Below are positions 1-11,538 of a stretch of DNA of 64,000 bases, piece after piece (positions within the stretch are counted from its first letter, which is position 1; each line of letters opens with the position of its first letter). Source of the stretch: Klebsormidium nitens (Eukaryota; Plantae; Klebsormidiophyceae); contig DF237257.1 in the NCBI GenBank assembly GCA_000708835.1, positions 1-64,000 of the forward strand. The letters are read 5' to 3'. A program made the position numbers and the translations under genes. The notes below the pieces were generated by a model, which did not search any database, was not told the DNA's origin, and was given only the letters and a program-made list of their open reading frames with translations.

Positions 1-704
1 CCATAGCCAATCCGTGACCAGCCTGCGAGGTTATGGTTAGGTGCGCTAACTGCGGTCGGTTTAAGCTAACTGACTTATCTAAGTACGTTACGACATTCCA
101 CATGTCTCATGCTGGTTGGCCAAGCGACGCGTTATGGCAGCGACGCGTTGTGGCATGACACAGGCTAGAAAGAACTTGTAACCGTCGTTTAGGTAGTAGC
201 TCTTTAGAAGGTTATGTTGAGCATGCCATGTGGGGTCGATCAAGCTCGGTCCAGAGCATTGAGGCTGGACGGTCAAACTAACGTACTTATAAAGTGTTCG
301 GCCCATTAATATGTCGATGATATGTCAACGTCTGCACTTAGTTCCTGATAGAGATCGTAGCAACCCAATCAACAGAGGAGATCGAGCCGAAAACCTCATG
401 CATATTTTACCATGATTACATACCATGTATAGATAGTTCAAGCCTTGAGTCAACGAAATCAGCCATGGGGCCCACGAAACAATTTCGGATTTCCATGCAG
501 TGCTGTGATGGTTCCTGCACAATAAATCGACCACTTTGTACCTTCGATCGCATGCTGCGTTCTAAGCTGAACGATGGTGCTTCACATGCTCCTATAGATC
601 ACATGTCGTTTCCGATCGTTGAATCAAAAAGAGCACCCTGAGCCGGGCCGCCATCAGAGCTCGGGTGAGTAGAAGTTCACATATTGGTTGGGCATGATTC
701 CACC

Positions 705-737
705 GTGATGAACAGGTGATGAACGGGTGATGAACAG
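705..737. repeat. Short tandem repeat (GTGATGAACRG) x3
   Basis: gtgatgaacag-gtgatgaacgg-gtgatgaacag read directly. Confidence 0.85.
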
Positions 738-2989
738 GCCGCACAGAAGGCCGGCCCGAAAGACTATTTGAGTGTCAATTTATCAACCCGGCGGCAGTGT
801 TTCCTTTGAAGCTTGGTGCAGGCAGCCTCTGCAATGAGCCGCTAGTATCGCAGGCGAAGTGCTACGGCTGGAAAAATCAAAGCAATTTTCAACCGGATTG
901 TAGATTGCCCACTCATTCTTTGCTCTGCAACGGCGGCTGGTTGACAATGTTCCGCCGTCTCGCCCTGAATCCTGAGATGATTCAGGAGAAGCCTCCCTGG
1001 ACACATATGCATAATCTACCCAAGTACCCGCATGGCAGATGGACAGAGGTATAACGAGAAGACGCGCTCGCGGGCGAGCCCACTGAGGTTTCAAGTTGCC
1101 TCACTCATCACGTGTAACAACGATGCGCGAGCAGGCGACTGGCCAGACCAAGTCACTCTCCCGCGTCACGTCAAGAGTTGTACGCGTGGAGCCGCTACAA
1201 TAGCGATCACGCATAATTTGCTGAATTTGATGTGACTAGGATCGTCACATCACAGTCTCGTGGTTCTATGGTCCAATTAAGGAGCAGGGCTAAACGCCAT
1301 GCGTTTCCTTCAAGCTCCCGCTTCTGCTATACTTCAGCGAGCTCGAGCTCCCAGTCCAAAAGACATCTCTGCTCAAATTCTGGCATTGGTGGCCACGCAG
1401 CTTTTTGGAAGACAAGCTAGTCCTTTCGCTTCTGTACTATCGTGCGGGAGATAAGCTTACAGATTTAATTCTTGTTTGTAGATGACTCCTGAGACGGCCT
1501 TTCTCTAGTAATCTGCTGCAAGCTCGCTACACGTTGCAAAGGTTTCAACGAGAGACGTGAAGGAAAAGGCTACCGTTGCACGTGGAGTTGGATCATCTGC
1601 GAAGAGGAGCAGACAATAACAGTTCCTTTAGTGAGGTGTAACTTTTCATAGTTGGGTTGCAGCAAATCTTTGTGAGCTAGGTCTTCAAGTTCTTTCATGA
1701 AACGCGTAAAAACGCATTCTCGCGGACAATTTTTGAGATTGTCTGAGAAATTATCAGGTTAAAAGGGTTTAAACTCGTAAGAGAGTAAGACGATGTTTCT
1801 AGGAGCTGTTGCCATCAAGCCTTCGTGGAAACAAGGAACTTGAGGAAGCCAGCAAGCTACACTTCTTGGATGTGAAGATTTACGGTCATGTCAACTCCAT
1901 TAAGTTCAGCAATTGGGCCCTTACTCGGAGCTCAAGCAGGTGTGTCAATCGTATGTACTGACCCGTTATGATTGAGGTGACTACTTTCCTTCGGCTTCTC
2001 ATCTGAGCTCTTTTAAAGTGCTCGCGCAACGGGCAGGCCACCACCGGCTTCTGCAAGGTCTCCCCTGCTTATCTTGTGCTGTTTCAAGGTTTTACCACCT
2101 GCAAGAAGTCGAATCTTGATTGATTAGCTTTTGAACGTCTGGAATGCTATTACGCATAACTAAGTAGCAGACATGTCATGAATTTGCCGTGTTTCAGGAC
2201 TGAACAGCAGCCTGATGCACATCTGATGCGATGGTCCTTGATCAAGACATCCCACCAGCAAAGTTGGATTGAAGATCAGCTTTTGGTTTCTGCGCTCCTA
2301 ACACAGCAGATAGCGACCTTATACACTTTCAGATATCTTGGACTGCATGATGATTGACCTCTTCCTTTGAATCTTGATTGCCTGCTGATTCTGGACGTTA
2401 TCTTTTCCCAAACTCATCCTTCTCACATTCAGGTACGCTCTTTTTTTGAACGAACAAGAACATAATGGCGGCTTCAAGGAACCAGCACTTGGCCCAGCAG
2501 TCGTAGTTCTTTCTTAGACCCGGCTGGAACAGCGGAGAACCAGATCCTGTTATTTAGTCTCTTGAGGGCGTGTGCAGAGGCGCCGAGGTTATGGAAATAT
2601 TTGCAAGCTTCAGTCTCCAACCACCACTTCCACCCCGCTTCACCCGAGCCAACATTGCTCCTTGTTGGTCGGCGGCTGATTATATGCAAGCGCAGGATTT
2701 CAAGAAGGAAGTACGATCCTAGTCTTTTGCCCCAGATAAATGTGAGAGGTACGAACGTAATTTTTTGCGCTATACAGATGTGAGGGCAAAAGAGTGTGGC
2801 AAAATCCCTCATGAAGTGATTTTTCAGGATATACAAGGGTCAGTCTACATCAGCTTGACCTGATTCCACTGTCAATTTGAATTTTCTTCAACGATGTCTC
2901 ACGCGATAAACCTGTTGCGTTGGGAGCCTGCATAGAAGATGAGAAAGCAACACATAGGCCCAAGGTCTCCGTCAAAGAATACCAAATCA

Positions 2990-4309
2990 GAGTGGTAGAG
3001 TCTGTGAACAGCGGTCTTGAGTGTAGGTGTCCATTTTTCAAAGCACAAGAACTTCGTCGCCAGATTTCCGTGTCTGCTTGAGAGGGAACCACGGGCGCTG
3101 TAAGGAAGTGTATCTGCATTAGTTACGAACTGCTTCTACGCTGCAGCTTTGGAGTTGAGCCGGTTACCCACCTCCTGTTGCAGGCAGTTCGTTATCTCAG
3201 GGTGCATGTTTGGAACGCGTCGGGTGATCCAAGTGCCTCATGGAATGTCTTTTCTGGAAGTTTTGAAGCCACTTGCGGTTGGCGTAGACCATGTGACAAG
3301 AAGACACGTGGAACTATTCGTGAACGAGTTCATAGAGCAGATAACTGAGGCTGCTGAGAAGAGCTTTTGCCCCTCGGGCCGCTTCACGGGCGCCAGAGAC
3401 TGGCTGCGCGACAGTGTTTGGGAGGTGTCGTTCGACGAATGCGTACTGGGTCAGCTCTTGCGGGGTTTAGCTTCCCTGGGGAACGAGACCCACTTAGCGG
3501 TGCTTGATCTGCTCCTGAAGCTGGGGCTCTTCGATCTCGAGGAGCTTTTCAAGAAGACGCTTGCGAAGTTTGGCAGAAAGGTAATCCAGTCCGACGCATA
3601 ATTCCTCGAAACGGCAGGGAGAAGCATCTTACAGAAGCTGTTGGGTAAGGCTCGTCGGGACGATAAGGATCGGGACCTGACCATAGTACTGAAAGCTAGT
3701 GAAACTGATACGAACGAGATGGGTGCAGATTACCTGACCTGGTTGATGGAGTGTGCTGTGAGTTGCGGTATGGCGGAGGACAGTGAGGAGGCCGAGTGGT
3801 TTGTAAGCAAACTGGGCCCATCAGTGGGAGAGCTGAACCAAGAGGACAGGGATTGGATTCCTCCTGTGTTCATGAAAAGGCTCCTGACTCGCTATGTGGA
3901 GGCGCCGGCGCAAAAGCCGTCCTGTTATACGATTCGCGGGCTTGAACAGTACCTCTACGCTTGGAAGGGTATCAGTGTCTGCGACTTCGGGGAATTTTGC
4001 GAAGCTTTAACCGCGCTAAGGTCAACACCCCGAACTCACACCGACCGTCTGTTCGCGGCCCTGTGCCTGCTCAACGCTGAGCAGATTGTCGCCGAACCGG
4101 GCGCGGTGGATGCTATCATGCAACACGTCCAGTTGCAGCGGGTAACGTCGACGTGGTATTTGAGGAGGGCCGCCGAGTGTGCTGCCCTGAAGCCAGACTT
4201 CCAGAAAAAGATACGTGAAAGAAACAAATATCTTGAGAACAACTTGAGGAGACAAAATGAGGAATATGCGAAACGATTTGGAGGAGAAAATAAGTCAAGT
4301 AGGGTCTAG
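2990..4309 (+). pseudogene. BTB/POZ plus NPH3-like domain gene, interrupted by in-frame stops (probable pseudogene)
   Basis: ORFs 3149..3601 and 3641..4309 share one frame, separated only by TAA at 3599-3601. The same frame upstream reads TAVLSVGVHFSKHKNFVARFPCLLE..*..LVTNCFY (BTB-like V-G-x-F-x-x-HK and CFY) with stops at about 3005 and 3101. The C-terminal GLEQYL...FGEFCEAL...RTHTDRLFAAL...IMQHVQLQRV resembles the NPH3 domain end. Family call is from motif memory. Confidence 0.5.
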
Positions 4310-5451
4310 TTATTCAGCTGAGGCGGGAGACGCATCGGCTTGTGTTCGGGTGAGACAGGTGACTGCAGGCTGCCTTAGGTGGGTAAATATAGTTCCGGAT
4401 CTTCAAGTCTAGAAGAGACCGCCTGCCAGCGTCGTTGTTACGGTGTGGCGAGAAAGTCTGTCCTTAAGAGGAATTAAGGGGAGAGACAACATTTGGATCT
4501 GCTTAGTTCGATTTTTTTTTGTACGTGTAGAAGGCATCGAACGGTAATTAGGGCTGGAACAATAATTAAGTATGATTTTTCAAGTAGTTGATTTGATCCA
4601 CAAACAGGACATCGGTGTTTAAGTGCCGCTGCCTTACAATACAAGCATGTTGGATGCACAGGCAGCGCGGATGACAATGAATTGTTATGATAGTTTTTAG
4701 ATGCGGACCTGGACCTTATAACCTTTCAGAATAGAAACTACATATGATTCAATAACTTCACCATCCAGCGAAAAATAAATTGGCTGGCGCCTTAGTGAGT
4801 GTTGCTTATAACCAAAAGCATGTGCGAAAAACCGGCCCGCCGGCGCGGACAAATCAAGTGCGAAAGAACAGTCAAGTTGCTCAGCTTGATCTTTGATTGA
4901 TCTTGATTCGAAGTTCGAAATCTGAAGATGCCTTCCAGGCTGTATGTACATGGTCAATCTCAATATTGTCTCTCCGTGTGCGGACGGGCATGTACTTACT
5001 TCGCGGCCTTACCATGTAAGGGAAGAAATGCAGCCAAAACATATCAAAGAATCCCTTCTCAGAAGACAATGGTCCGCATTGGCAACAATGTAGCCGCGTC
5101 TAATGCGGGGTCCATTGCGTCTAACTAGGGAGACTCCAAACCCGTTTTGCACGCCCACTTTCTTGCTATGTACCACAGAAGCGCATAACGAGCCTTGGTT
5201 AAACAACGAGCTGTCGTGGTGGGGTCAAGTCAAGCAACCACTATTCCGTTTGTGTCCGTTGCTTAGGCTTGCGCTCGTCTTCAGTACATAATGCTTTTGG
5301 AGGTGCAGACCTTCGTCAGGAAAAATGGGTTTGGCTGTTGGTAGTGACAACTTTGAAAATCTTGCATTCACTCTGGCGGCAATATGATAGCCCTGAGCCT
5401 GCTAATCTCTGCTGAACGTACCCAATCTGCCTATGATTCATTAGACGGCGC

Positions 5452-8400
5452 TTAGCTGACTCTACTCACTCCGCTCTGCCAATCGTACACGAATTCTCTC
5501 GAGTCGAACGGTTTGTGCATCCAGTGGGCCTGGCTGCTGCTCAGGTTCTCCCCTACTGGCCTTTGTATGTATTTCCGGATCACCGCTGCGCGCGCGTCCT
5601 GGCAAAAGAAGGAGCCGTATGGATTCAGCAAGCCGTTTTGCAGACCCACGCTTTGAAACCGGTGGTGCAAGAAACGACTGTCAGCATGGAAAAAGCACGC
5701 GATGGTGCACGTATCCGAAACCATCAAGGAGACAAGTTTTTGCAGGTTCTTTGTATTTGACAGTTTCAAAACAGGCAATCATAGTATTCTTGCTGAGGTC
5801 GATTGCCTGAAGCAAGATGTTAACGGTAGATATTTTTACGAACGTTTCTCTTCACTATCCTCCACAATGCTCAAGCAAAGCTCTTGCAGGCGGTCAAGAT
5901 CCGCCTACGAGTACGTTTACGGGCAGAAATTCTCGATGGGAGTCCCGGAAACAAGACTGTATCGACAGTGATACCTTGGAGATGGATATCTTGGAGAAGG
6001 TTACCTGCCCCATAGCGTCACTCGCCATGCCACGTGGCGGTATCTCGCGCGTCCGCGTCAGCGGCCACAGCTGCAGGAGGCACCGCTGGAACTGCACCAG
6101 CTGCACGTCGGGCCGCGCCTGCTCGACACGTGTCACGGAGCTCGCGCGCTTCTGCCACACCGCGAACAGCGCCTCGAAGAGCGCCGGGTCGTCCGCGAGC
6201 TTCGGGAAGAGCGCGAGCGCGGGAGCGGCCGCGGGCGCGCCGACGGAGTGCGTGTGCGCGAGCAGGCGGCGCGCGGCGAGCTGCCGGTGCATCGTGAAAA
6301 ATGGGAGCTGCGCGGGGGTGGCGAGGACGGTACTCGGAAGGGATCTGCAAGGTTTGTGGGTTTTGGAGTTCTGGGCAGGTTCGCAAATGAAGGAATCTGA
6401 AGCTGCCATCTGGGATTGCTATATGGGCACGAGAAGAGATGGAATCCTTGTCGAGACCATTAATCTGTCAGAAAGCAGGTTCCGACAAGATTGCGAAATA
6501 TCTGGTCTGACGGCACACCAGGAGAGGACACGATTCAACGTCAGAACGGATGGAGGAAGAACATGGACGTTCGGCCAAGCTTCGCGAGCCGCCTTGGCTA
6601 AAACCCCAGAGGATTGACGTTGGACGTTGAAGAGAAGAGTCAAGACCTTTCTGGACCGTCCACTTGAGGATTATAGTGAATAGGGTCCTCGAACCATGTA
6701 TTGACGCGCCGTTCCGTGGTCTTCGCCACCAGTTTCCGGATGCAATAACCTCCAGACACTTTAAAATCCGTTTCACTTTGCTTCAGCAAATCTCACTTGG
6801 ATTGCTGGAGCTCCGCTTGGCTGAGCCGCGAGATGCGCAGCCGCAGCGTCGGCTTGGGCGGCTTCGCGGCGAGCCGCGTCCACAGCGACGCGCTCCTCCC
6901 CTCTGCAGCAGAGGGTTTCAGGGTTTCGACTCACCATCTTTAAAAATTTTGGGAAACACACAACCAGAACGTGAAGGCGTCAAGGCAAAGCACTTCCGCT
7001 CGTCATCGCTATTCCCTGCTTAGCTTAGAGAAAGAACCTTGAGAGGAGGACGCCATTGAATCGGATAACGGTTTGAGGATCAGGACAGCTGAAAGCCCTT
7101 AAGAAGGACGAAGTTGGATCTAAGTAACACGAACACTGCTTTATGTCAAAGGCTGGGAGCGGTCCAGATAAAAAAGAAGCAGGCACCTGATTCCGATTCA
7201 AGTCTTGCGATTCACGGCGAACATGCACCGCAGAATATTGCGAGAAAAGTGCTCAAAATGAGCATAAGTCTGATCAAATTGCCGATTTCAACGGTTTCCC
7301 GATCGCTCTTGGAAATCAAGCCTTACACACACGAGGAAAGGAAGGGGTAAAACGAGAGCCCGAATCAGAACCCCATGAACCCACTTCGTAATGCAAAAGG
7401 TCTCTCACCGCGCTTCGCCAGCTCTTGCAGGTCCACCGGCGCTGAGAGAGATCCCCCCATCAGCGGTACCACAAACTCGCGGTCCTCGGCCAACTGCTTG
7501 CCGACATTCGGAGTCTTCGGAAACTGAAACGTGGCGTGCGCGCACGTGATTTCGTCCACCTGAAACAGGAGGCTAGACTCTGAGAAGCACGAGTATTGAT
7601 AAGCGAAGCAGCAACCAAGAAAGACCTCTAGGCAGGTTTGGGTGCTATACTCGTGCAGTAGAAAGATAGCTTGGGGTCCCTACAGTCCTGATTTGCGACC
7701 CTTTCACAAAGACGTGATCCTACTGCACTGAGCCGCGTGACACGACGCAATCCCTTCAGCTGCGCTATCTCGTAGTTCGCTTTCGGAGACGCGTTCGGCC
7801 ACGTTTGAAAGCGCGCTGTGGTGCAACAAATACCTGGACGCTGACTTTCTTGGTGCTGAAACCCCAATTGAATCACACTTCGTCTGAAGGCCGTTCTTGT
7901 CAAGTCTCCTATGCTTCAACATGCATATGTACAGGCTTCAGCGGCTCGTTTCGTTGCCATCGAATGACGCCTCCCTTATACCTTGACACAGCTCAACCTT
8001 GATCAACATGCTCATGGACAGGTCAAGCCTGGGACGTACCAACTCTGAACTCGGTCCAATGTCCGACAGTCAACCCCGTGTGAACCAGATTAACATATCT
8101 CATCCCCTGCTAAATCCGTACATACCTCCCTGGTAAGGAGGCAAAATTCATTGGCAGGGTCTCTAGTTCCTACCTGGGACTGGTCCGTCCGCGAGCCCGC
8201 CCGGTTCAACGCCCCGGTCGCCTCCTCGGCGCTGGCGTCATAGCAGACGTTCAGTTCGATGTACACGGTGAGCACCCCCGGGCAGGCGTTGCTCCGGACC
8301 AGGCACTGGTTCCCCGCGGCCTGCGGACGTCAGCAAGGAGGGTGATCGCATGCGTGCTGACGTAAGAGCAGTCTCGAGATCCCTTGACGTGCTTGTTCGG

Positions 8401-10693
8401 GCGACGAGCCTGTGCTGATATGCTTTGGCTTGCCACACTAGAGCGAGCAGTTCAAGCTTGGAAATCATAGGTCGTTCCAGGTTCCCGATGTCCTTTTCGG
8501 TTCTCTGAAAGCTCCCAGGTAAAATAGCAGGCGCTCGCTGCAATGGACAGTTCTTCGTTCGTTCACTGCACGGAGCTTCGTCTAGGACGCCAAGCGTTGA
8601 GAAAGAGGGCACCCCGGCTTGACTAGACATCAGAACGCTCGGAATATTTGCTGGCTCACGTTCGGAAGATGTACTTGCAACAGCCAGACAAAACCTGACG
8701 TGTGAGACACGGTCTTGAGATAATTCGACGAGCCCCGCCCGGTCACCCACGTCCCAGCCGTTTGATGTCTCGCTGAGAAGAAGCTCTGTCGATCCTGACC
8801 ATTTGTAATGAGGCCCTAAGCGCTTTGACGACCCGTAACCCTTCTCCCTTCCTAATTTAAGCAAAAGTTTCGGAAGCTCTGTGTGCTTTGAGTAACTTGC
8901 CTTCGTTGAAAAGATCCACGGCTCGACGTCCCTCTTTGGCGTCTTACAAGGCATCGTCACGAAGTTTCCCAAAAATCGGGACCCGTCATACAGGCAGACG
9001 CGTACGGTCCGTCGAAGCACCGGGCGGGCCAACCCTGCAGCAAAGACTGGGTTCCCGTTAAGATGCGTGTGCCACTTGTCTCACGACCTAGCTCGCGGTT
9101 GCTCGAGTCATTCGTTTGAGCTCTATGTTTTTGGAAGTTCCTCGTCAAATTGTTCTCGGGTGTGCTTTTGTACTCAGTGATTTCTCGGTTTGTTACGCTC
9201 TTGGCCCAAACAGAAACTGCGTCGGTCTGCTACATCTATGCTGGCAGCGGCCGGCAACTTTTTGAATTCAGCACATCAGACAAGGACATGCCCCGAGATA
9301 AGACAGCAGTCTTCGACTTCTTTAGAATCAGTTTGCTGCTATGTCTATTGTCAAGCGGAGGGGAGTGCACAAGAATGGTATGTCTTCCTACCGGTGATGG
9401 GTACATGGAGGGCACGAATGAGGGAGAGGTTGAAGCACGGACTGACGATGTCTTCGACCTGCACGATACACGCAAGAAGGTAAATTCGGCAATGTTCGAG
9501 CGGAGCAGTATACGGACCTTTGTATCAGGGCATGCAGGTTTCCTCAACAGGAGATGTCGTGGCTTAAGAATGACATCCTGTGACAGACAGTTCGCGTGGC
9601 AAGTCGAGTTCACATCGGCACGTCTCCCTTTTCCGAGAATCCACAATCGGTAGTGCGGGAGTCAATCAGTTTGAAACACTGGAAGCAACACCGAACAAAG
9701 GTCAAGATGGCATCAGAGCATCTAAATTTGGTGACCGAAGCTCGTGAGGAAGCAGAAGTCATTTTTTTGAATAGGTCGATTTCATTTTTGCGAAAAATGA
9801 AAGTGTGTTGATGGATGCGAAGAAGCTTCTCAAAGAGGCTTTCTTACAGTCTGTGTGTTTGGGTTCAGAAAGAGGTCCGTAAAGCGGAGGCCGCTCTCTG
9901 CAAGCACTGGCCGCAGGACCGATTCTACGGTGAGCTCCCCTGCAAAGCAAGAACGTGGCGGAACTTCTGCTGACACCCTTAGCAGAATGCCACAGTTGAC
10001 ATGAGGTAATCTGCAGTGTCGATGCAAGCGAGGCAGACTGGTGGTGCAGTCCAAGATAAGCTTAAGCGGTAATCCTAGTGTCCAGTGCCTGTTGGTTTGG
10101 AAATCTTTGTTTGAAGCATACTCTAGGTTTCATGAGTATGGCTGAAGCTGCTCCTGTTACCTGCCCCTCTTAGTAACTGAAGTGCTGATGAAGGTAACTC
10201 GTATTCTGCTTGAGAGAAAAGCATGCAAGTTCAAGCATTGTAGCCCACCTCGCTTTTCTTGCTGCTGAATCAGCGATGGGCGCACAAGTGGATTCATTGG
10301 CCCCAGGCTCTGCAGATAGCTGAATGCAACCGCTTCATCTCTAGCTAACCCCTCCGCAAAACCCATGCTCGTTCCCTGCAAACTCTGCCCTAACCCAAAA
10401 CCACTAACCCGCTTTCTTTCATCCCGAAACCGCATTGCTGAGGTCCCCCTTTCTGTTCTAGCTGAGCCACCTGTTGAGGTGACGTCATGCTGAGCTAAGC
10501 CGCTACGCCCCGAGGGCCCCGGCTGCGATGTTTGCCGTTGCTCCCGCTCGTCTTCTTCGTCTGTGCTGACGTAAGAGGAGCTGCTGTCGCTGTCGTACCT
10601 ATCTCCTCTTTCCATATTGTTCTGAGTGCTCCGTTTTTCAGTATTTTGAGCACCCCCCCAGCTGCCCTGTCCTTGCCCGCTGGTTTCAGCCAT
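5452..10693 (-). CDS. NPHP1: Nephrocystin-1 homologue (ciliary transition-zone protein), 9 exons, about 595 aa
   Basis: Phase-consistent exons (minus): 10693-10161, 10010-9848, 9458-9392, 9034-8901, 8320-8174, 7559-7409, 6902-6797, 6344-6005, 5598-5452 (1788 nt). Peptides are collinear with the NPHP1 C-terminal domain: VLRRTVRVCLYDG (human VLSRHVRLCLFDG), QCLVRSN (DCFIRSN), EITCA (ELSCG), LPSTVL..HRQL (LPETLI..YRQI), LALFPKLADDP..EALFAVW (LATFPMLLEQP..DALRSSW), HKPFDSREFVYD (HEPFDLSEQTYD). Confidence 0.85.
8321..8900 (-). other. GC-AG intron in NPHP1
   Basis: The NPHP1-like peptide ends at WIFSTK with AAG|GCAAGT, phase 0. The acceptor ccgcag|GCC is phase 0 and resumes NPHP1-like sequence. 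Confidence 0.7.
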
Positions 10694-11336
10694 TTTTGCA
10701 ACTTGGAATCAGAGTCACCATAGGGTGTGGGTGAATCAAATCGAGACCTCAGCTATGCTTCCCCGACGCATATCAAGCTCGCTGAGCTTTGGTTGGGGTG
10801 CTGCCAGATTCTTTGTAGCTCATAATTACTGGATACCCCCAATCGTGCAGGTAGCTGCGGCCAGTTGCGCAGTCTCTATCCTGAAAGGCTCACAATTTCT
10901 ACTTTTCTCAATGCCGGCGCCAGGTCCCGGCATTTCCTATTCAATGGAAGTGCTCCGGCGGCATGAGGTCTGGAAGAGAACCTAGGCTATTACTATTAGC
11001 GTGAGCCTACATAACGATAAAGTTTTTTGGGAGGGCGGGTGCTTTCTTGAAATCTTTGTCATTGGTATGAGCCCGAGCATTTCAAAAACATAGGCAAATC
11101 GTAAATATGTAGTGCCGGCTACCCCATCCCTATAATTACCACAGATTGCATGAGAAGTTTTGCAGCCCTTGACATTCGGAAAAGTGCTCGCGCACAGTAA
11201 TATCGACGGCTTTGAATTCTGGATCCTTGAAGTGCGCCTCACGGCGTACGGTAATGGTTGAACAGAGCCATTACCATGCAGAGTGGTGTGAGTTTGAGAC
11301 TTGAATGGACACAGTGAAACTGAAAGTTGAAACACG

Positions 11337-11351
11337 CACACACACACACAC
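11337..11351. repeat. (CA)7 microsatellite between NPHP1 and EngB
   Basis: cacacacacacacac read directly. Confidence 0.8.
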
Positions 11352-11538
11352 GAACACAGACTCGATGTTCAAGACAATCAAGAGAAGTCGCTCCATACAG
11401 CTACCGTACCGGTAGTAGTCTCGGATTGAAAGGAACAGCACACTCATTATTCTATAAAGTCCGACCTCGCAGCTTGTAAGCTTCCTCCTCAAGCACATCT
11501 TGAAAAGAAGAAGCCCGCCGTCTCGAAGGTCTGTCAAA

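Noticed and set aside
705-737. C/D-box snoRNA (three RTGATGA C boxes)
   Set aside because: No D box at a suitable distance or terminal stem found; a simple tandem repeat explains it.
1480-2850. Decayed multi-exon gene
   Set aside because: Some AG/GT-bounded open segments exist (e.g. about 1803-1940), but I could not build a consistent frame or recognise a family on either strand.
3599-3601. Programmed readthrough or recoding of in-frame stops (also 40372 and 48478)
   Set aside because: Stops are mixed TAA/TAG/TGA, co-occur with frameshifts and fit C>T decay; no SECIS or readthrough context was seen.
4474-4963. Small minus-strand gene with a CxxC-x8-CxxC (zf-HIT-like) motif
   Set aside because: The motif is incomplete, there is no ATG or convincing exon structure, and it lies where the NPHP1 3' region is expected.
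6910-6930. Telomere-like GGGTTTCA repeats (also about 23880 and 41900)
   Set aside because: Only two imperfect units each, too short to call interstitial telomeric repeats.
8238-8900. Remainder of the 264-aa ORF 8238..9032 as coding
   Set aside because: NPHP1 similarity stops at the GC donor (8900) and resumes in another frame at 8320, so the rest is open intron.
9518-9577. AG/GT-flanked 60-nt candidate NPHP1 exon (DVILKPRHLLLRKPACPDTK)
   Set aside because: The remembered NPHP1 alignment is collinear without it; a minor cassette cannot be excluded.
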